Source of the DNA: Octopus sinensis
Lineage: Eukaryota
Reading direction: 5' to 3'
DNA length: 64,000 nt
Assembly: GCF_006345805.1 (NCBI RefSeq)
Contig: NC_042997.1
Location: 70,990,001 to 71,054,000 of the forward strand
A model generated the notes under the pieces. The model saw only the letters and a program-made list of their open reading frames with translations, searched no databases and was not told the DNA's origin. Below, one piece after another: positions 62,664 through 64,000 of the stretch. Every line of letters begins with the position of its first letter. The stretch's first letter is position 1. A program made the translations under genes and the position numbers.

Positions 62664-62973
62664 GTTGAATTTTCTGCTGCTTAAAATAAAGTATATATAT
62701 ATATATATATATATATATCAAATGTGAGGATATAATTCTTTTCGAAAAAAAAATAATATTTTCTCGAAAAAAATTTTATCAAATGCCAGCATATTAAAAA
62801 ATACCTTTAAAGGTTAAATTTATAAACAATTCATAAATGAGGGCAAAGGAAAAAAAGTCTAATGCCAAATATGCCGAAAAATTGGACATATTGTCCATTA
62901 ACCAAATAATTTTTTCACAATACGCACGCTACTCGAAAAATGGTCGACAGAAATTTCTAAAAAATTCCATTAT

Positions 62974-63028
62974 TACCATATCGGACCGATTTCAGAGTTA
63001 GCTACTAAGAGCCCTCTCTTCGTCAGTG
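62974..63028 (-). ncRNA. Type I hammerhead HH-C (mirror copy, stem I disrupted)
   Basis: Reverse complement of 63112-63166. The arm ends two bases beyond the core, so only 2 bp of stem I remain. Confidence 0.55.
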
Positions 63029-63108
63029 TACTGAGTTGTGCCCATGACTTAGTATTTGCTTCTTCCATGGGTATGAGTAAGTATCTCATTTATTTCTTTT
63101 ACCACATG

Positions 63109-63166
63109 TATCACTGACGAAGAGAGGGCTCTTAGTAGCTAACTCTGAAATCGGTCCGATATGGTA
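63109..63166 (+). ncRNA. Type I hammerhead, family HH-C
   Basis: tatca-CTGACGA-agag[18 nt]ctct-GAAA-tcgg t ccg-ATA-tggta. Stem I 5 bp including one G-U; stem III atcgg/ccgat with a 1 nt loop; cleavage triplet AUA. Confidence 0.78.
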
Positions 63167-63307
63167 ATAATGGAATTTTTTAGAAATTTCTGTCGACCTT
63201 TTTTCGAGTAGCGTGCGTATTGTGAAAAAATTATTTGGTTAATGGACAATATGTCCAATTTTTCGGCATATTTGGCATTAGAATTTTTTTTCCTTTGCCC
63301 TCATTTA

Positions 63308-63357
<50 letters not shown>

Positions 63358-63365
63358 ATATATAG

Positions 63366-63444
<79 letters not shown>

Positions 63445-63629
63445 GCACGCATTTTTTTTCTTTCCTTGTTTCTCTCCGTGTTTCTTTTCTGTGTATCTTT
63501 CTGTTGAAGAGCGTAGGCTCGAAGCGTAAAAGACTTGTTTTATTTATATTCCTGAGCGCCATACTAATACAATTGTTTGTTTGTATTCCACCTGCCTTCG
63601 TCTTTTGTTTATCTTCATAAAGCTTCCCG

Positions 63630-63666
<37 letters not shown>

Positions 63667-63746
63667 TAAATATCGATATCTATCTATATGTGTGTATAAA
63701 TATATATATATATATAGAGAGAGAGACATATACATACATACATACA

Positions 63747-63811
<65 letters not shown>

Positions 63812-64000
63812 CATATACATACATGCATACATATATACATAAATACGTGCCGGGAAATTGATTATATTTATACATATGTATGCGTTGCGGGTGTGGTGGG
63901 AATGTTTATATTAGTATGGGAAGGTGGGGTGAAAAAGAAACATCGCTACGCTTCTTTCCTAAAAGTTTTTTTAAAACCTATCTCTATCCGCTTGATGGTT

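Larger units (their letters stand above)
62534..62691. repeat. Perfect 158 bp palindrome with no spacer, centred on GCT|AGC
   Basis: 79 bp arms checked base by base at both ends; centre lies between 62612 and 62613. Confidence 0.95.
62829..63312. repeat. Inverted repeat with ~200 bp arms and an 83 bp spacer
   Basis: Left arm 62829-63028, right arm 63112-63312; about 2 substitutions and 1 indel by eye. Confidence 0.95.

Overview
AT-rich eukaryotic genomic DNA dense in microsatellites. It is most likely octopus (cephalopod), judged from the SINE families I recognise; that is an inference. I cannot support any host protein-coding gene: the provided ORFs are either translated microsatellites or fragments of decayed transposons. 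Main contents: (1) a ~17 kb cluster (11.1-28.0 kb) of about 10-11 insertions of R4/Dong-like non-LTR retrotransposons with a restriction-like endonuclease (RLE), from several lineages, all readable ones on the + strand and most bounded by (AAT)n, plus a ~550 bp non-coding (AAT)n-flanked element; (2) a second RLE-type 3' end flanked by (ACAT)n; (3) a decayed Penelope-like element (PLE; RT + GIY-YIG) with a hammerhead ribozyme near its 3' end; (4) a 2 kb stretch at 61.3-63.3 kb with three long inverted repeats and seven minimal type I hammerhead motifs of three families; (5) four Tc1/mariner relics plus an IR/DR-type Tc1 with ~230 bp TIRs; (6) a Helitron-like composite with several 3' termini; (7) many tRNA-derived SINEs of three families; (8) local duplications and templated insertions. 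All coordinates and identities were read by eye and may be off by a few bases.
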